A stretch of 64,000 nucleotides of DNA from Lachnospiraceae bacterium (GTDB taxonomy: Bacteria; Bacillota; Clostridia; Lachnospirales; Lachnospiraceae): NCBI GenBank assembly GCA_050944395.1, contig JBMNQZ010000003.1:22244-86243 (forward strand), read 5' to 3'. Position 1 is the first letter of the stretch. Each line of letters begins with the position of its first letter. Under the pieces are notes generated by a model. That model saw nothing but the letters and a program-made list of their open reading frames with translations. It did no database searches and was not told the DNA's origin. This document shows positions 39,335-49,972 of this stretch, one piece after another. The position numbers were made by a program, and so were the translations under genes.

Positions 39335-40525
39335 ATGACTGAACGGGCATTGAAGAAACTGGCATGTGAATTATCTTCGCTGTGTGTTTTCCGGGATATT
39401 CTTGAGAATGATACAATGAAAGCTCTTCTGAGCTTCCTGTCTTCCGACGGCAGTGTTCTTGAAAGAATGAGCCTGTTCGGTCAGTTTGTTTATTCTCTGA
39501 GCAAAGACAATTATTCGTTTTCGGATTTTCTGTGTCGTGTCGTTTATACAAACGAGAACAGTTATGTAGTCGGCACGGCGCAAAAAACCGAGATTTCAGA
39601 GGCTTTAAGGAAGAATGCGAAGGCGGAGCTGAAGCTGTTTTCAAAGCTTACGGAGCTGACTCCGAACGACTTTTGCGATTCTTTGTCATATGACGGATAT
39701 ATCCCGAAATTTTCCGTTAAGCCGGTGGATTTCAGGAAAACATATGAGGAGAGGCTGAAAAAGATCGATTGCTGCGGATACGGTATTTTTTCCTCGGCAT
39801 GTATGTTCAGAGTAAACAGTTCGAGAGAGATAGTTCCTGTGGAGGCTGCGGACGATATTTCTCTTGATCATTTTATAGGATATGAGGAGGCCAGAAATCA
39901 GGTCCTGGCAAACACACAGGCACTTGTGGAGGGCAGACCGGCGGCAAATGTACTATTGTTCGGAGATGCCGGAACGGGAAAATCTTCTACGGTGAAGGCC
40001 TGTGCGAATCATTTTTATGACCGGGGTGTAAGGCTTATAGAACTGAGAAAGGATCAGCTTTTCACTCTTTCGAAGGTAATGGGAAAGATCGGCGGGAATC
40101 CGTTGAAATTTATTATTTTCATAGACGATCTGTCCTTTAACAAAAACGATGACAATTTCAGCATGCTGAAAGCGGCGCTGGAGGGATCGGCATCCGCCAG
40201 AGCGGATAATGCGGTGATCTATGCTACCAGCAACAGAAGACACATAGTAAAGGAGACATTTTCCGAGAGGGGTACCAGGGATGACATTCATCACGGAGAT
40301 ACGGTTCAGGAGCTCCTGTCCCTGTCGGAAAGATTCGGTCTTCAGGTGTATTTTGAAAAGCCGAATAAGCAGCTGTATCTAGATATTATTCACGCGCTGG
40401 CGGACAAAAAAGGTATCGAGCTGGACAGAAATGAGCTGGATATAAAGGCTGAGGCGTTTGCTCTTTCCAAAGCAAGCAGAAGTCCGAGAGCTGCGGAGCA
40501 GTTTATTGACAGTTTGATGATATGA
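39335..40525 (+). CDS. DUF815-type AAA-like ATPase
   Basis: Walker A motif LLFGDAGTGKSSTVKA. Walker B-like motif FIIFIDDLSF. About 400 aa. It lies 9 nt after ilvD and just before leuA. Confidence 0.7.
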   Translation: MTERALKKLACELSSLCVFRDILENDTMKALLSFLSSDGSVLERMSLFGQFVYSLSKDNYSFSDFLCRVVYTNENSYVVGTAQKTEISEALRKNAKAELKLFSKLTELTPNDFCDSLSYDGYIPKFSVKPVDFRKTYEERLKKIDCCGYGIFSSACMFRVNSSREIVPVEAADDISLDHFIGYEEARNQVLANTQALVEGRPAANVLLFGDAGTGKSSTVKACANHFYDRGVRLIELRKDQLFTLSKVMGKIGGNPLKFIIFIDDLSFNKNDDNFSMLKAALEGSASARADNAVIYATSNRRHIVKETFSERGTRDDIHHGDTVQELLSLSERFGLQVYFEKPNKQLYLDIIHALADKKGIELDRNELDIKAEAFALSKASRSPRAAEQFIDSLMI

Positions 40526-40563
40526 GAGAAAGGGTATCTTGTGATACCAGGAGGAAAAGGAAA

Positions 40564-42222
40564 ATGAAGAATGCATCAAAGTATACACGCCAGTTTTTTC
40601 CGGTGAAGAATCCGACTCGCAAGTGGGCGGAGAAGACCTATATTGAAAAGGCTCCGACCTGGTGTTCGGTGGATTTGAGAGATGGAAACCAGTCCCTTAT
40701 CATTCCGATGAGCCTTGAGGAAAAGCTTGAGTTTTTCAAGCTTCTGGTAAAAGTCGGATTCAAGGAGATCGAGGTAGGCTTTCCGGCAGCGTCTGATACA
40801 GAGTATAAGTTCCTCAGAACTCTTATTGAGGAGGATATGATCCCGGACGATGTCACTGTTCAGGTCCTCACACAGAGCCGCGAGCATATCATACGCAAGA
40901 CTTTTGATGCTCTTGAGGGATGTAAAAATGCCATTGTGCATCTCTATAATTCAACCTCTCTTGCCCAGAGAGAGCAGGTGTTCCGCATGTCAAAGGAGCA
41001 GATACTCAAGATTGCCACAGACGGAGCCGAACTCTTTGACAGCATCGCAAAGGAGAGAGGCTGCAATTACAGATATGAATATTCTCCGGAATCCTTCACG
41101 GGAACAGAGCCGGAGTATGCGCTTGAGGTGTGCAACGCCGTTCTTGACGTGTGGAAACCCACACCGGACCGCAAGGCGATCATCAATCTTCCGGTTACGG
41201 TGGAGCTTTCGTCTCCTCATGTTTATGCGGACCAGATTGAGTTCATGCACAATAACCTGAAATACAGAGATGCCATTGAGATCTCCCTTCATCCTCACAA
41301 TGACAGAGGCTGTGCGGTTGCGGATTCAGAGCTCGGACTTCTGGCGGGAGCCGACCGTATCGAGGGAACGCTTTTCGGAAACGGCGAGAGGACGGGAAAT
41401 GTCGATATTATCACACTCGGCATGAATATGTTCGCCCAGGGCGTGGATCCGGAGCTTGATTTCTCAAATATGCCGGAGATCGCCGAGGTATATGAGAAGG
41501 TTACAAGAATGAGGGTATATGACCGTACACCGTATGCGGGCGCGCTTGTTTTCGCGGCATTCTCCGGTTCACATCAGGATGCGATCGCAAAGGGAATGAA
41601 GTGGCGTGAGGAGAAGGCGCTTAATACATGGACAGTGCCGTATCTTCCGATCGATCCTACGGATGTCGGACGTGAGTACCAGACCGACGTTATCCGTATC
41701 AATTCGCAGTCCGGAAAGGGCGGAATCGGATATCTCCTTGAGAATAATTTCGGTTATATCCTTCCGGCAAAGATGAGAGAGGATGTCGGATATGCCGTAA
41801 AGGGCGTTTCGGACCGCGCTCATGCAGAGCTTTCACCGGAGGAGGTATTAAACGTATTCAAGTCCGAATATGTTAATATTAACGATAAGATCAGACTCGT
41901 TGAGTGTCACTTCACCCAGGGTGAAAAGATCACAGCAATCGTGACGGTAGCGATCAACAACGAAGAACAGGTAATAGTTGCAAAGGGCAACGGCCGTCTT
42001 GATGCGGTTGCAAATGCCATCAAGAAGCATCTGGGAGTTGAGTTCTCAAATCTCACATACGATGAGCACGCACTTACCGAGGGGTCGTCATCTCAGGCTA
42101 TTACATATGTGAGCATCATGCTTCCGTCGGGAAAGAAGGTATGGGGAGCAGGTATTGACGAAGATATCATCATGTCATCGATCAGGGGTCTCTTCTCGGC
42201 AGTGAACAGAAGTATGCGGTAA
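40564..42222 (+). CDS. leuA: 2-isopropylmalate synthase (long form)
   Basis: Motifs WCSVDLRDGNQ, HPHNDRGCAVA and a C-terminal LeuA dimerisation/regulatory domain. ATG 40564 follows an AGGAGGAAAAGG RBS. Confidence 0.9.
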   Translation: MKNASKYTRQFFPVKNPTRKWAEKTYIEKAPTWCSVDLRDGNQSLIIPMSLEEKLEFFKLLVKVGFKEIEVGFPAASDTEYKFLRTLIEEDMIPDDVTVQVLTQSREHIIRKTFDALEGCKNAIVHLYNSTSLAQREQVFRMSKEQILKIATDGAELFDSIAKERGCNYRYEYSPESFTGTEPEYALEVCNAVLDVWKPTPDRKAIINLPVTVELSSPHVYADQIEFMHNNLKYRDAIEISLHPHNDRGCAVADSELGLLAGADRIEGTLFGNGERTGNVDIITLGMNMFAQGVDPELDFSNMPEIAEVYEKVTRMRVYDRTPYAGALVFAAFSGSHQDAIAKGMKWREEKALNTWTVPYLPIDPTDVGREYQTDVIRINSQSGKGGIGYLLENNFGYILPAKMREDVGYAVKGVSDRAHAELSPEEVLNVFKSEYVNINDKIRLVECHFTQGEKITAIVTVAINNEEQVIVAKGNGRLDAVANAIKKHLGVEFSNLTYDEHALTEGSSSQAITYVSIMLPSGKKVWGAGIDEDIIMSSIRGLFSAVNRSMR

Positions 42223-42246
42223 TTTATATAATTGGAGGAAACAGAT

Positions 42247-43506
42247 ATGGGAATGACCATGACACAGAAGATCCTGGCATCTCACGCCGGACTTGAGTCG
42301 GTTCAGGCGGGACAGCTTATAAATGCCAGACTGGATCTTGTACTTGGAAATGATATCACTACTCCGGTAGCGGTTAATGAGTTTAAGAAAGCGGGCTTTG
42401 AAGGTGTGTTCGACAAGGACCGCATTGCAATTGTTCTGGATCATTTTGTGCCGAACAAGGATATTAAGGCTGCTCAGCAGTCAAAAACCTGCCGCGAATT
42501 TGCCTGCGAGCACTGTGTGAGCCACTTTTACGATGTGGGAAAGATGGGTATTGAGCATGCCCTCCTTCCGGAGCAGGGCGTTGTTACCGCAGGTGACTGC
42601 ATTATAGGCGCCGACAGCCATACCTGTACATACGGAGCTCTGGGAGCATTCTCCACCGGCGTCGGAAGCACTGATATGGCAGCAGGAATGGCTACGGGAA
42701 TGGCCTGGTTCAAGGTTCCTTCGGCTATTAAATTCAACCTTACCGGAAAGCTTCCGTCAAACTGCAGCGGAAAAGATGTGATTCTTTACATTATCGGAAA
42801 GATAGGCGTTGACGGAGCGCTCTACAAGAGCATGGAATTTGTCGGAGAGGGTGTTGAGACGCTTTCGATGGATGATCGTCTCTGCATTTGCAATATGGCG
42901 ATCGAGGCCGGAGCAAAGAACGGAATTTTCCCGGTGGATGACATTACCAGAGAATATATGGATGGAAGATGCGAGAGAACTCCCGTTGAGTATACCGCTG
43001 ACGAGGATGCGGTATATGAGCAGATAATTGATATCGACCTCTCGGAGATGGTTCCGATCGTAAGCTGTCCTCATCTTCCGGAAAATACAAAGACAGCTGC
43101 GGAGTGTTCAGATATTAAGATTGACCAGGTTGTGATCGGAAGCTGTACAAATGGACGTATGGAGGATATGGAATCGGCCTTCAGAATCCTTAACGGTAAG
43201 AAGGTTGCCGACGGCGTCAGAGTGATCATTATTCCGGCCACAATGGAAATTTATAAGAAATGTATCGAAAAAGGCTACATTACGGCGTTTATCGAAGCCG
43301 GCGCAGTAGTTTCCACACCAACCTGCGGACCGTGTCTCGGCGGATATATGGGAATTCTCGCTGAGGGCGAAAGATGTATTGCCACGACGAACAGAAACTT
43401 TGTCGGCAGAATGGGACATGTTGACAGCGAGGTTTATCTTGCCAGCCCGGCAACCGCGGCAGCAAGTGCGCTTACAGGATATATTACAGAACCGAAGGAG
43501 GCTTAA
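42247..43506 (+). CDS. leuC: 3-isopropylmalate dehydratase large subunit
   Basis: Aconitase-family motifs ([31 protein letters not shown]). ATG 42247 lies 8 nt after a GGAGG RBS. Confidence 0.9.
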   Translation: MGMTMTQKILASHAGLESVQAGQLINARLDLVLGNDITTPVAVNEFKKAGFEGVFDKDRIAIVLDHFVPNKDIKAAQQSKTCREFACEHCVSHFYDVGKMGIEHALLPEQGVVTAGDCIIGADSHTCTYGALGAFSTGVGSTDMAAGMATGMAWFKVPSAIKFNLTGKLPSNCSGKDVILYIIGKIGVDGALYKSMEFVGEGVETLSMDDRLCICNMAIEAGAKNGIFPVDDITREYMDGRCERTPVEYTADEDAVYEQIIDIDLSEMVPIVSCPHLPENTKTAAECSDIKIDQVVIGSCTNGRMEDMESAFRILNGKKVADGVRVIIIPATMEIYKKCIEKGYITAFIEAGAVVSTPTCGPCLGGYMGILAEGERCIATTNRNFVGRMGHVDSEVYLASPATAAASALTGYITEPKEA

Positions 43507-43508
43507 GG

Positions 43509-43994
43509 ATGAATACACAGGGTAAAGTTTTCAAATATCCGGACAATGTGGACACGGACGTTATCATCCCGGCCAGATATCTCAACACACCCGATGCAAA
43601 GGAGCTGGCGCTTCATTGTATGGAGGATATAGACACCGGGTTTGTGAAAAATGTAAAACCGGGCGATATTATGGTTGCGGGATGGAATTTCGGATGCGGC
43701 TCTTCCCGTGAACACGCTCCGCTTGTAATTAAGACCTGCGGAACGGGATGCGTTATTGCGAAAAGCTTTGCGCGTATCTTTTACAGAAATGCCATCAATA
43801 TCGGACTTCCGATCCTTGAATGCGAGGAAGCTGCCGAGGCTATTGCTGCAGGAGACGAGGTAAAGGTTGATTTTGATACCGGAATCATAACCGATATCAC
43901 GACAGGGGAAGAATTCAGGGCGCAGCCGTTCCCTGAGTTTATTCAGAATATTATAACCAAGGGCGGGCTTCTCAAATCTCTCAGAGATGAATAA
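43509..43994 (+). CDS. leuD: 3-isopropylmalate dehydratase small subunit
   Basis: Swivel-domain motifs [14 protein letters not shown] and [12 protein letters not shown]. Confidence 0.9.
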   Translation: MNTQGKVFKYPDNVDTDVIIPARYLNTPDAKELALHCMEDIDTGFVKNVKPGDIMVAGWNFGCGSSREHAPLVIKTCGTGCVIAKSFARIFYRNAINIGLPILECEEAAEAIAAGDEVKVDFDTGIITDITTGEEFRAQPFPEFIQNIITKGGLLKSLRDE

Positions 43995-44139
43995 AAGAGG
44001 TTTCGAAAGATTAAAGTAAAGCATTAAGAGGTTAATGCTCGGATATCATCAGAGATGAGCAATTGGTTTTACCGGGAAAAAATCAGATCTCCCGGGGATC
44101 AACAGGCATTGTTTCTGGGTTATTTATAGGAGAAATATC

Positions 44140-45210
44140 ATGGTAAAGAATATTGCGGTGCTGAAGGGCGACGGTATCGGACCGGAAATTGTGGATGAAG
44201 CCCTCAAGGTACTGGACAAGGTCGCGGAAAAATACGGACATACATTTAACTATACATATGTGGATATAGGAGGATGTTCCATCGATAAATACGGCGTTCC
44301 GATAACTGAAGAGGGAATGGAGATCTGCAAGAATTCCGACAGTGTACTTTTGGGCGCAGTAGGCGGACCGAAGTGGGATAATGTCCCGGCAGACATCCGT
44401 CCGGAGAAGGCTCTTCTTGCGGTGAGAAAGGAGCTGGGACTCTTTGCGAATTTAAGACCTACGAAGCTGTTCCCGCAGCTGGCGGATTCCTCTCCGCTTA
44501 AAAAGGAAATCGTCGGAAACGGAATTGACCTTCTGATCGTGAGAGAGCTCACAGGCGGAGTGTATTTCGGACCGAAGAAGACGGAAGAGGTCGACGGAGA
44601 ACTGGTAGCTACAGACATCATGCCATACTCGGAGCATGAGATCGAAAGGATCGGACGCGTTGCGTTTGAGACTGCGATGAAGAGAGGAAAGAAGCTTGCG
44701 TCTGTCGATAAGGCAAATGTGCTCGATACCTCCCGTCTTTGGAGAAAGACTATCCACAGGCTTGCCGAGGAATTCCCGGAGGTAGAGTGCAGCGATATCC
44801 TTGTGGACAATACCGCTATGCAGCTTATCAAGAATCCTACGCAGTTTGACGTTCTTGTCACGGAAAATATGTTCGGAGATATTCTCTCTGATGAAGCGTC
44901 AATGCTCACCGGATCTATCGGGATGATGCCGTCGGCGTCGCTTTCATCGACAAAGCTCGGTATGTATGAACCGATTCACGGATCGGCTCCCGATATTGCG
45001 GGAATGAATATTGCAAATCCGCTGGGAACGATTCTTTCGGCGGCAATGATGCTCCGCTATGCGTTTGATATGACAGTGGAGGCTGACGCCGTTGAGGCTG
45101 CGGTAAATAAAGTGCTCGATGACGGATTCCGTTCGGGTGATATAATGCAGGAGGGCTGCACGAAGGTTTCCTGCTCCGAGATGGGCGATCTGGTGATAGA
45201 GCGCTTATAA
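44140..45210 (+). CDS. leuB: 3-isopropylmalate dehydrogenase
   Basis: Motifs IAVLKGDGIGPEI, NLRP and NMFGDILSDEASMLTGSIGMMPSASL. Confidence 0.93.
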   Translation: MVKNIAVLKGDGIGPEIVDEALKVLDKVAEKYGHTFNYTYVDIGGCSIDKYGVPITEEGMEICKNSDSVLLGAVGGPKWDNVPADIRPEKALLAVRKELGLFANLRPTKLFPQLADSSPLKKEIVGNGIDLLIVRELTGGVYFGPKKTEEVDGELVATDIMPYSEHEIERIGRVAFETAMKRGKKLASVDKANVLDTSRLWRKTIHRLAEEFPEVECSDILVDNTAMQLIKNPTQFDVLVTENMFGDILSDEASMLTGSIGMMPSASLSSTKLGMYEPIHGSAPDIAGMNIANPLGTILSAAMMLRYAFDMTVEADAVEAAVNKVLDDGFRSGDIMQEGCTKVSCSEMGDLVIERL

Positions 45211-45488
45211 ATACGATGCATGAATATGATATGCTCCTCATATGATAGATTTTTGTATATTTTCATTGTCTGTCATATGGGGAGCATATTAATTTTCGGA
45301 TTTTGCAATCGAGCCGAGAGTGTTTGGACAGACATCAGCGTGTCCGGCGGCATCAGTGGCTTCTTCGATAAAGAAGCTGTCTGGCACGATAAAAAATATT
45401 TTTCTTTCTTTTTCATAGTGTGCCTCATTGCTTTTATAATATAGTTAGGATAGACTGTTTTTATACCGCATTTTCAGGAGAGAAAATT

Positions 45489-48400
45489 ATGAAAAAAAGA
45501 ATTTTGTGTCTGATTATGATATGCGTACTGATATTTACTATGTTTCCTGTATCAGTATTTGCCGAAAATGAGGCAGGTGATGACCCCGGACTTTACTTTT
45601 GCAGTCTTATGATGGCGGAAGATCGCTGGACAGTAGATCTGGAAAATCCTATGTCGGACTGGTGGGGTTTTCCGGGCAGCGGAGCTCCTGTATGTTTCTA
45701 TTACGGAACCCGAAGTCAGGTGCAGGCCGGAAATGCTCTTTCGTTGTCTGCGGATGATCTCATTTTCCCGTCTTATTTCAGGGTGTCTGAAACAAAGGAT
45801 GATGAGCGCATCGTGCCTGAAAATGCACTGGATGTTGATATTCTGCGATTTGACGACGGGCAGGAATCCACCGAGATTATCTACAAAAATGATCCCGAGT
45901 GCAAAATTTCCGCTCATCCGCAGCTTCCGCCTGTTGGTTTTTTCAGCGACACCGAGGCTGTTGAAAGCAATTTTATTTATGAAGAAAATCCTTTTGTGGT
46001 GACCGAAGAAAACCGGACCTTCTATTTATGTGTGTGCGATCCGGAGATTACATGTCTGACAGGAATTAATTGGAATGATTCCGCACTTGATAAAATATTT
46101 AAGGTGAATTCGGTTGAAAATGACACCTGTTTTGAAATTACGGTAGAAGATGGCGCGGTGGTTCCGGACGGATGGTTCGGCGCTGAGGTTAGCTATCGGT
46201 ACAATACGGAAACCAGTGTCGGAGAGGAAGATGTTATGAACGCCGGTGTTTTTCTGAAAAACGGTCAGCCGGCTTTGATGTATCGATCTTTGCATTGGGA
46301 TGAGGATGCGCAGGTATGGTTTGAGCACCCTGAAGATCCGTATCAGACAACATTGAATATTTCTCACGGAAATTCATTTCCTTTGAGATTCTGCTACGGA
46401 ACAGTGGAAAGCTTTGTTCCGGTAGGGTTGAGTGATCTGACATTTGATGCCGATATCTTGAATATGTATGAGCAAGACGGCGAAATCTGGGTAGAAGGAC
46501 TCGGATTTGAAGAAAGCGGTACGGTCACTTATTCCGATGGCGGAACAGGAGCATCGGTAGCGGTGAATGTCACAATTCCCGAAATTGGATTATACAGTGA
46601 TACTGTGGCAAGTAAGGATACTTATCTGAATGGAAAAGTTGAAGTAAGCGGTCCGGATTCGAAATTCTACATTGTGGCTGCGGAGACTTCTGTTATCCGG
46701 AGGATAGAGGAAATTCAAAATAATTCAACCGGTGAGGATGCGGGCGACAAATTTGATATCATTATTTCCGATGACGGAAGATATGCGGAAGTTAGAATGG
46801 TATCAGGCGGAGATCTTCCTGCAGAAGGAGATTATTCTGTTCTTGCAGAGGGAAATGGGGAAAGCTTTGATATATGTTTCGAAGTGACTCGCAGTGATCT
46901 TCCGCGCCTGTCCACACCTACTGAGCTTTCATGGCACAGACAGTATTATATGGATACTGCGGATGAAACCGAATATGATTATGAAGACAGATTGGGTACT
47001 ATGAGTTTTAAGGCCGGCGAACTGACGCAGAACTGTTTTTCGGTTGAAATTTATTCAGATGCCGATAATTATTCAGTCCCTGTTAAGGAGTGCTACTTGA
47101 ATATGGGAGATATGGATCATTCCTCCTATTTCACCGCAACCGACTTTATCTATGGTGAACTTCCGAGCGGAACATATAGATTCCGGGTACGTGCGAATGG
47201 AGACGGAACCGTATACCGTAACAGCGAATGGAGTGAGTTGTCGGCTGAATGGACATATACTATGCCGTCTGAACAGCTTTCCGCTCCCGATACGGATTCA
47301 TTGATCTGGAGTAAAGATAATGGAAATTATTTCTCGGGCTGGAAGGGCACTGACGAGCCCGGTGCGGGTTATTATGAGATAGACTGGTATTATAATAACG
47401 CCGGAACAATTGAGCGTACGTCGGTAGGATACTTTGATATACGCCTTGACGATAGTGAATATTACGGAGTCTTCACATCCGAGATGCCGGATCATCTTCT
47501 CGAAGAATACGGAATCGGAAATATATATTTCAAGGTTCGGGCGATTCCTTATGATATTACCGAGTATCGCCTCAGTCCCTGGTCGGATTTCAGTGAGCCG
47601 CTGGATGTAGATAATATTACGAAAACCCTGAATCAAAAGCTTGATGATCTCATTGATAACAATGATTCCTCCGACCCGTTGACTGTAGAAAAGGTTCAGA
47701 ATGCTCTGAGAAATGAAACGGCAGACCTTCGCGCTGCCATGGCGGCAGATCCGGAACTTTCAGGAGGTAATTCAAGCGGAACTCTGGGGAGGATCCAAGA
47801 GCTTGAAAACAGTGTGTCGGACAATGTTGCGCAGAGAGTTGAGGCAAAGAACAGCGCGCCGCAGCAGATCAGGGATATTGCCGAAGGCATTACGATGATT
47901 GGCGCGACACTCAATCTGGCGGACAAGAATCCGGGATCGGGAATGACTCCGACTGTAACGCTGGAACTTGATGAACCTAAGAGCGGTGTTGTTATTCCGG
48001 AGCAGCAGCACAATTCCGTACAGTTCTCCATGAAGCTGAACGGGGCTGTGGATAAAGATGACATTGAGGCGTCCGGTCAGCAGCTTATTATTCCTGTTGT
48101 CATAGATATGCCTGTACCGGAAAATATTAATCCTGATTTCCTGGTTATCCTGCACAGGCTTTGGGATGGCAGTATTGAGCAGATTAGCCCGTATATTTAT
48201 CTTAAAGAAGCAGAAGACCGGGTATATGCAAGATTTGTCGTAGACAGTTTCAGTGATTTTGCTTTAGTTGAGTATAAATTTTATTTTGATACCGCGTCAG
48301 TTACAAAACGGGTGGGGGATCAGCCGTTCGGCTGTATACCCCTCGGAAAAGCAGAAGGGAGCAATGTGTCATATCGAAGCAGCAATCCCGGAATTGCTTC

Positions 48401-49115
48401 TGTTAATAAAATTACCGGCGAGGTATCCATTCACAATACCGGAAAAGTCACAATAACTGCCGCTGCTTCGGCTACGGATATTTATCCGGAAGCAGAATGC
48501 AGTTATGAGCTTACAATTGAAAATGAGCCGGACCCGATGAAATTTGATGATATAAAAGGAAATGAGTGGTTTGTAGAGGCTGTACAATTCGTCTATGACA
48601 GGGGAGTCATGACGGGCTATGAAAATTCCAATGACTTCGGACCGAATGATAAACTCACGAGAGCTCAGCTTGCGATTATTCTTTACAGGCTTGAGGGATG
48701 TCCTGAGGTTACATATAAGAAGCTGTTCAAAGATGTGAACGACGGAAGATATTATTCAGACGCGGTTATCTGGGCGGCAGAGAACGGAATTGTAACGGGA
48801 TATCTCGGCGGTGAAAAAGCAGGATGCTTCGGACCCGATGATTATATTACAAGAGAGCAGTTTGCGGTTATGATGTACAGATACTGTGAAGCAATCGGAT
48901 TAAATGTTTCTTCGACCGGAGATATCAGTGTATTTCCGGATGCGGCAAAAGTTGACAAATGGGCGCTTGCGGCGATGAAGTGGGCGGTAGCCACCGGCCT
49001 TATCTCGGGAAAGACAGATAAGGATCCGGCATACCTCGATCCGCTCGGAAATGCAACACGAGCCGAGTGTGCAATGATATTGATGAGACTTCTGACATAT
49101 GCAGAGCCTGTCTGA
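45489..49115 (+). CDS. Large secreted surface protein with a Big_2-like domain and three C-terminal SLH domains
   Basis: Signal peptide MKKRILCLIMICVLIFTMFPVSVFA. Big_2-like segment (SSNPGIASVNKITGEVSIHNTGKVTITAAA). Three SLH repeats (FDDIKGNEWFVEAVQFVYDRGVMTGY, FKDVNDGRYYSDAVIWAAENGIVTGY, FPDAAKVDKWALAAMKWAVATGLISG). Confidence 0.85.
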   Translation: MKKRILCLIMICVLIFTMFPVSVFAENEAGDDPGLYFCSLMMAEDRWTVDLENPMSDWWGFPGSGAPVCFYYGTRSQVQAGNALSLSADDLIFPSYFRVSETKDDERIVPENALDVDILRFDDGQESTEIIYKNDPECKISAHPQLPPVGFFSDTEAVESNFIYEENPFVVTEENRTFYLCVCDPEITCLTGINWNDSALDKIFKVNSVENDTCFEITVEDGAVVPDGWFGAEVSYRYNTETSVGEEDVMNAGVFLKNGQPALMYRSLHWDEDAQVWFEHPEDPYQTTLNISHGNSFPLRFCYGTVESFVPVGLSDLTFDADILNMYEQDGEIWVEGLGFEESGTVTYSDGGTGASVAVNVTIPEIGLYSDTVASKDTYLNGKVEVSGPDSKFYIVAAETSVIRRIEEIQNNSTGEDAGDKFDIIISDDGRYAEVRMVSGGDLPAEGDYSVLAEGNGESFDICFEVTRSDLPRLSTPTELSWHRQYYMDTADETEYDYEDRLGTMSFKAGELTQNCFSVEIYSDADNYSVPVKECYLNMGDMDHSSYFTATDFIYGELPSGTYRFRVRANGDGTVYRNSEWSELSAEWTYTMPSEQLSAPDTDSLIWSKDNGNYFSGWKGTDEPGAGYYEIDWYYNNAGTIERTSVGYFDIRLDDSEYYGVFTSEMPDHLLEEYGIGNIYFKVRAIPYDITEYRLSPWSDFSEPLDVDNITKTLNQKLDDLIDNNDSSDPLTVEKVQNALRNETADLRAAMAADPELSGGNSSGTLGRIQELENSVSDNVAQRVEAKNSAPQQIRDIAEGITMIGATLNLADKNPGSGMTPTVTLELDEPKSGVVIPEQQHNSVQFSMKLNGAVDKDDIEASGQQLIIPVVIDMPVPENINPDFLVILHRLWDGSIEQISPYIYLKEAEDRVYARFVVDSFSDFALVEYKFYFDTASVTKRVGDQPFGCIPLGKAEGSNVSYRSSNPGIASVNKITGEVSIHNTGKVTITAAASATDIYPEAECSYELTIENEPDPMKFDDIKGNEWFVEAVQFVYDRGVMTGYENSNDFGPNDKLTRAQLAIILYRLEGCPEVTYKKLFKDVNDGRYYSDAVIWAAENGIVTGYLGGEKAGCFGPDDYITREQFAVMMYRYCEAIGLNVSSTGDISVFPDAAKVDKWALAAMKWAVATGLISGKTDKDPAYLDPLGNATRAECAMILMRLLTYAEPV

Positions 49116-49136
49116 TACCGGGACTGTAACAAAAAA

Positions 49137-49177
49137 GTAGCGGGGCATGGATGTATATCCGATCCCGCTATTTTTTT
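49137..49177 (+). terminator. Rho-independent terminator after the SLH gene
   Basis: TAGCGGGG ... TCCCGCTA stem followed by TTTTTTT. Confidence 0.7.
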
Positions 49178-49372
49178 GTGAGTATTTATGTACAAAAAGT
49201 GGAGCTATAAGACCAATAGACAATGATTCGAAAGAACTTCATATTATTTAAATGGTTGTTTGTAAATAGTGCTGGAAAAGAAGTACAATAAAAATGCCGG
49301 GCGAAGGTTGGGCATTTGTGAGAAATACTGCAAAGCTTTGGGATAAGTGAGAGAAAGCATCGGTGATTTATT

Positions 49373-49765
49373 GTGAAGAGAAAAATGGCATTTGTAATTG
49401 GCGTGATCGCTATATTGGCAATAGCTGCGATAATGATTTTTTCGGCATATAGGTCTTCTGAATCATATAGAAAAAAGAATGCATCGGAAACATATACGAT
49501 GAAAGGTACGGTATTGGATATTTCAAACGGCACGGTGATTGCAGAACCTTTTGTAGGTGAAGACGAGTTGAATTCTTCCGATAAGTTTGTGATTTCAATG
49601 GAAAATATGAATTCCTCGCCTGAGCCGCAAGTGGGCGACGTTATTGAAGTGAAATATAATGGTGATATTGAGGAAACATATCCCGCAAGGCTCGGTGGAG
49701 TGATTTCTGTATCTGTTGTTGAATCCGGATTGGATGTTGACCAAGAAGAAAATGGAAAAGGCTGA
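49373..49765 (+). CDS. Small membrane-anchored/secreted protein of unknown function
   Basis: N-terminal hydrophobic helix (FVIGVIAILAIAAIMIF) followed by a ~90-aa soluble domain. I recognise no motif. Confidence 0.5.
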   Translation: MKRKMAFVIGVIAILAIAAIMIFSAYRSSESYRKKNASETYTMKGTVLDISNGTVIAEPFVGEDELNSSDKFVISMENMNSSPEPQVGDVIEVKYNGDIEETYPARLGGVISVSVVESGLDVDQEENGKG

Positions 49766-49770
49766 TTGCA

Positions 49771-49972
49771 ACTCCCGGAAACTTAAATCCGGCCACGCCG
49801 GAAGGGCCGAGAAATGACCGCCAATCCGGGAAAACTAAATCAAGGCATTCGATCAGGCAACTAAGAATGCCCGCCAAGCCGGAAAGTCTAAATCAAGGCA
49901 TTCAATCAGGCAACGGAGAATGCCCGCCAAGCCGGGAAAGCCTGAATTAAGGCATTTCAAGTGGCCTTTTTT
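49771..49972. repeat. Tandem repeat of ~53-54 bp, about 3.5 copies, each carrying GAATGCC/GGCATTC inverted repeats
   Basis: Units start at about 49811, 49865 and 49918, with a degenerate partial unit from 49771. An example unit is GAATGCCCGCCAAGCCGGAAAGTCTAAATCAAGGCATTCAATCAGGCAACGGA. The array ends in GGCCTTTTTT. Confidence 0.8.

Noticed and set aside
49771-49972. CRISPR array
   Set aside because: The entire ~53-bp unit repeats with point differences. There are no unique spacers, no cas genes in the window, and the repeat geometry is wrong for CRISPR.
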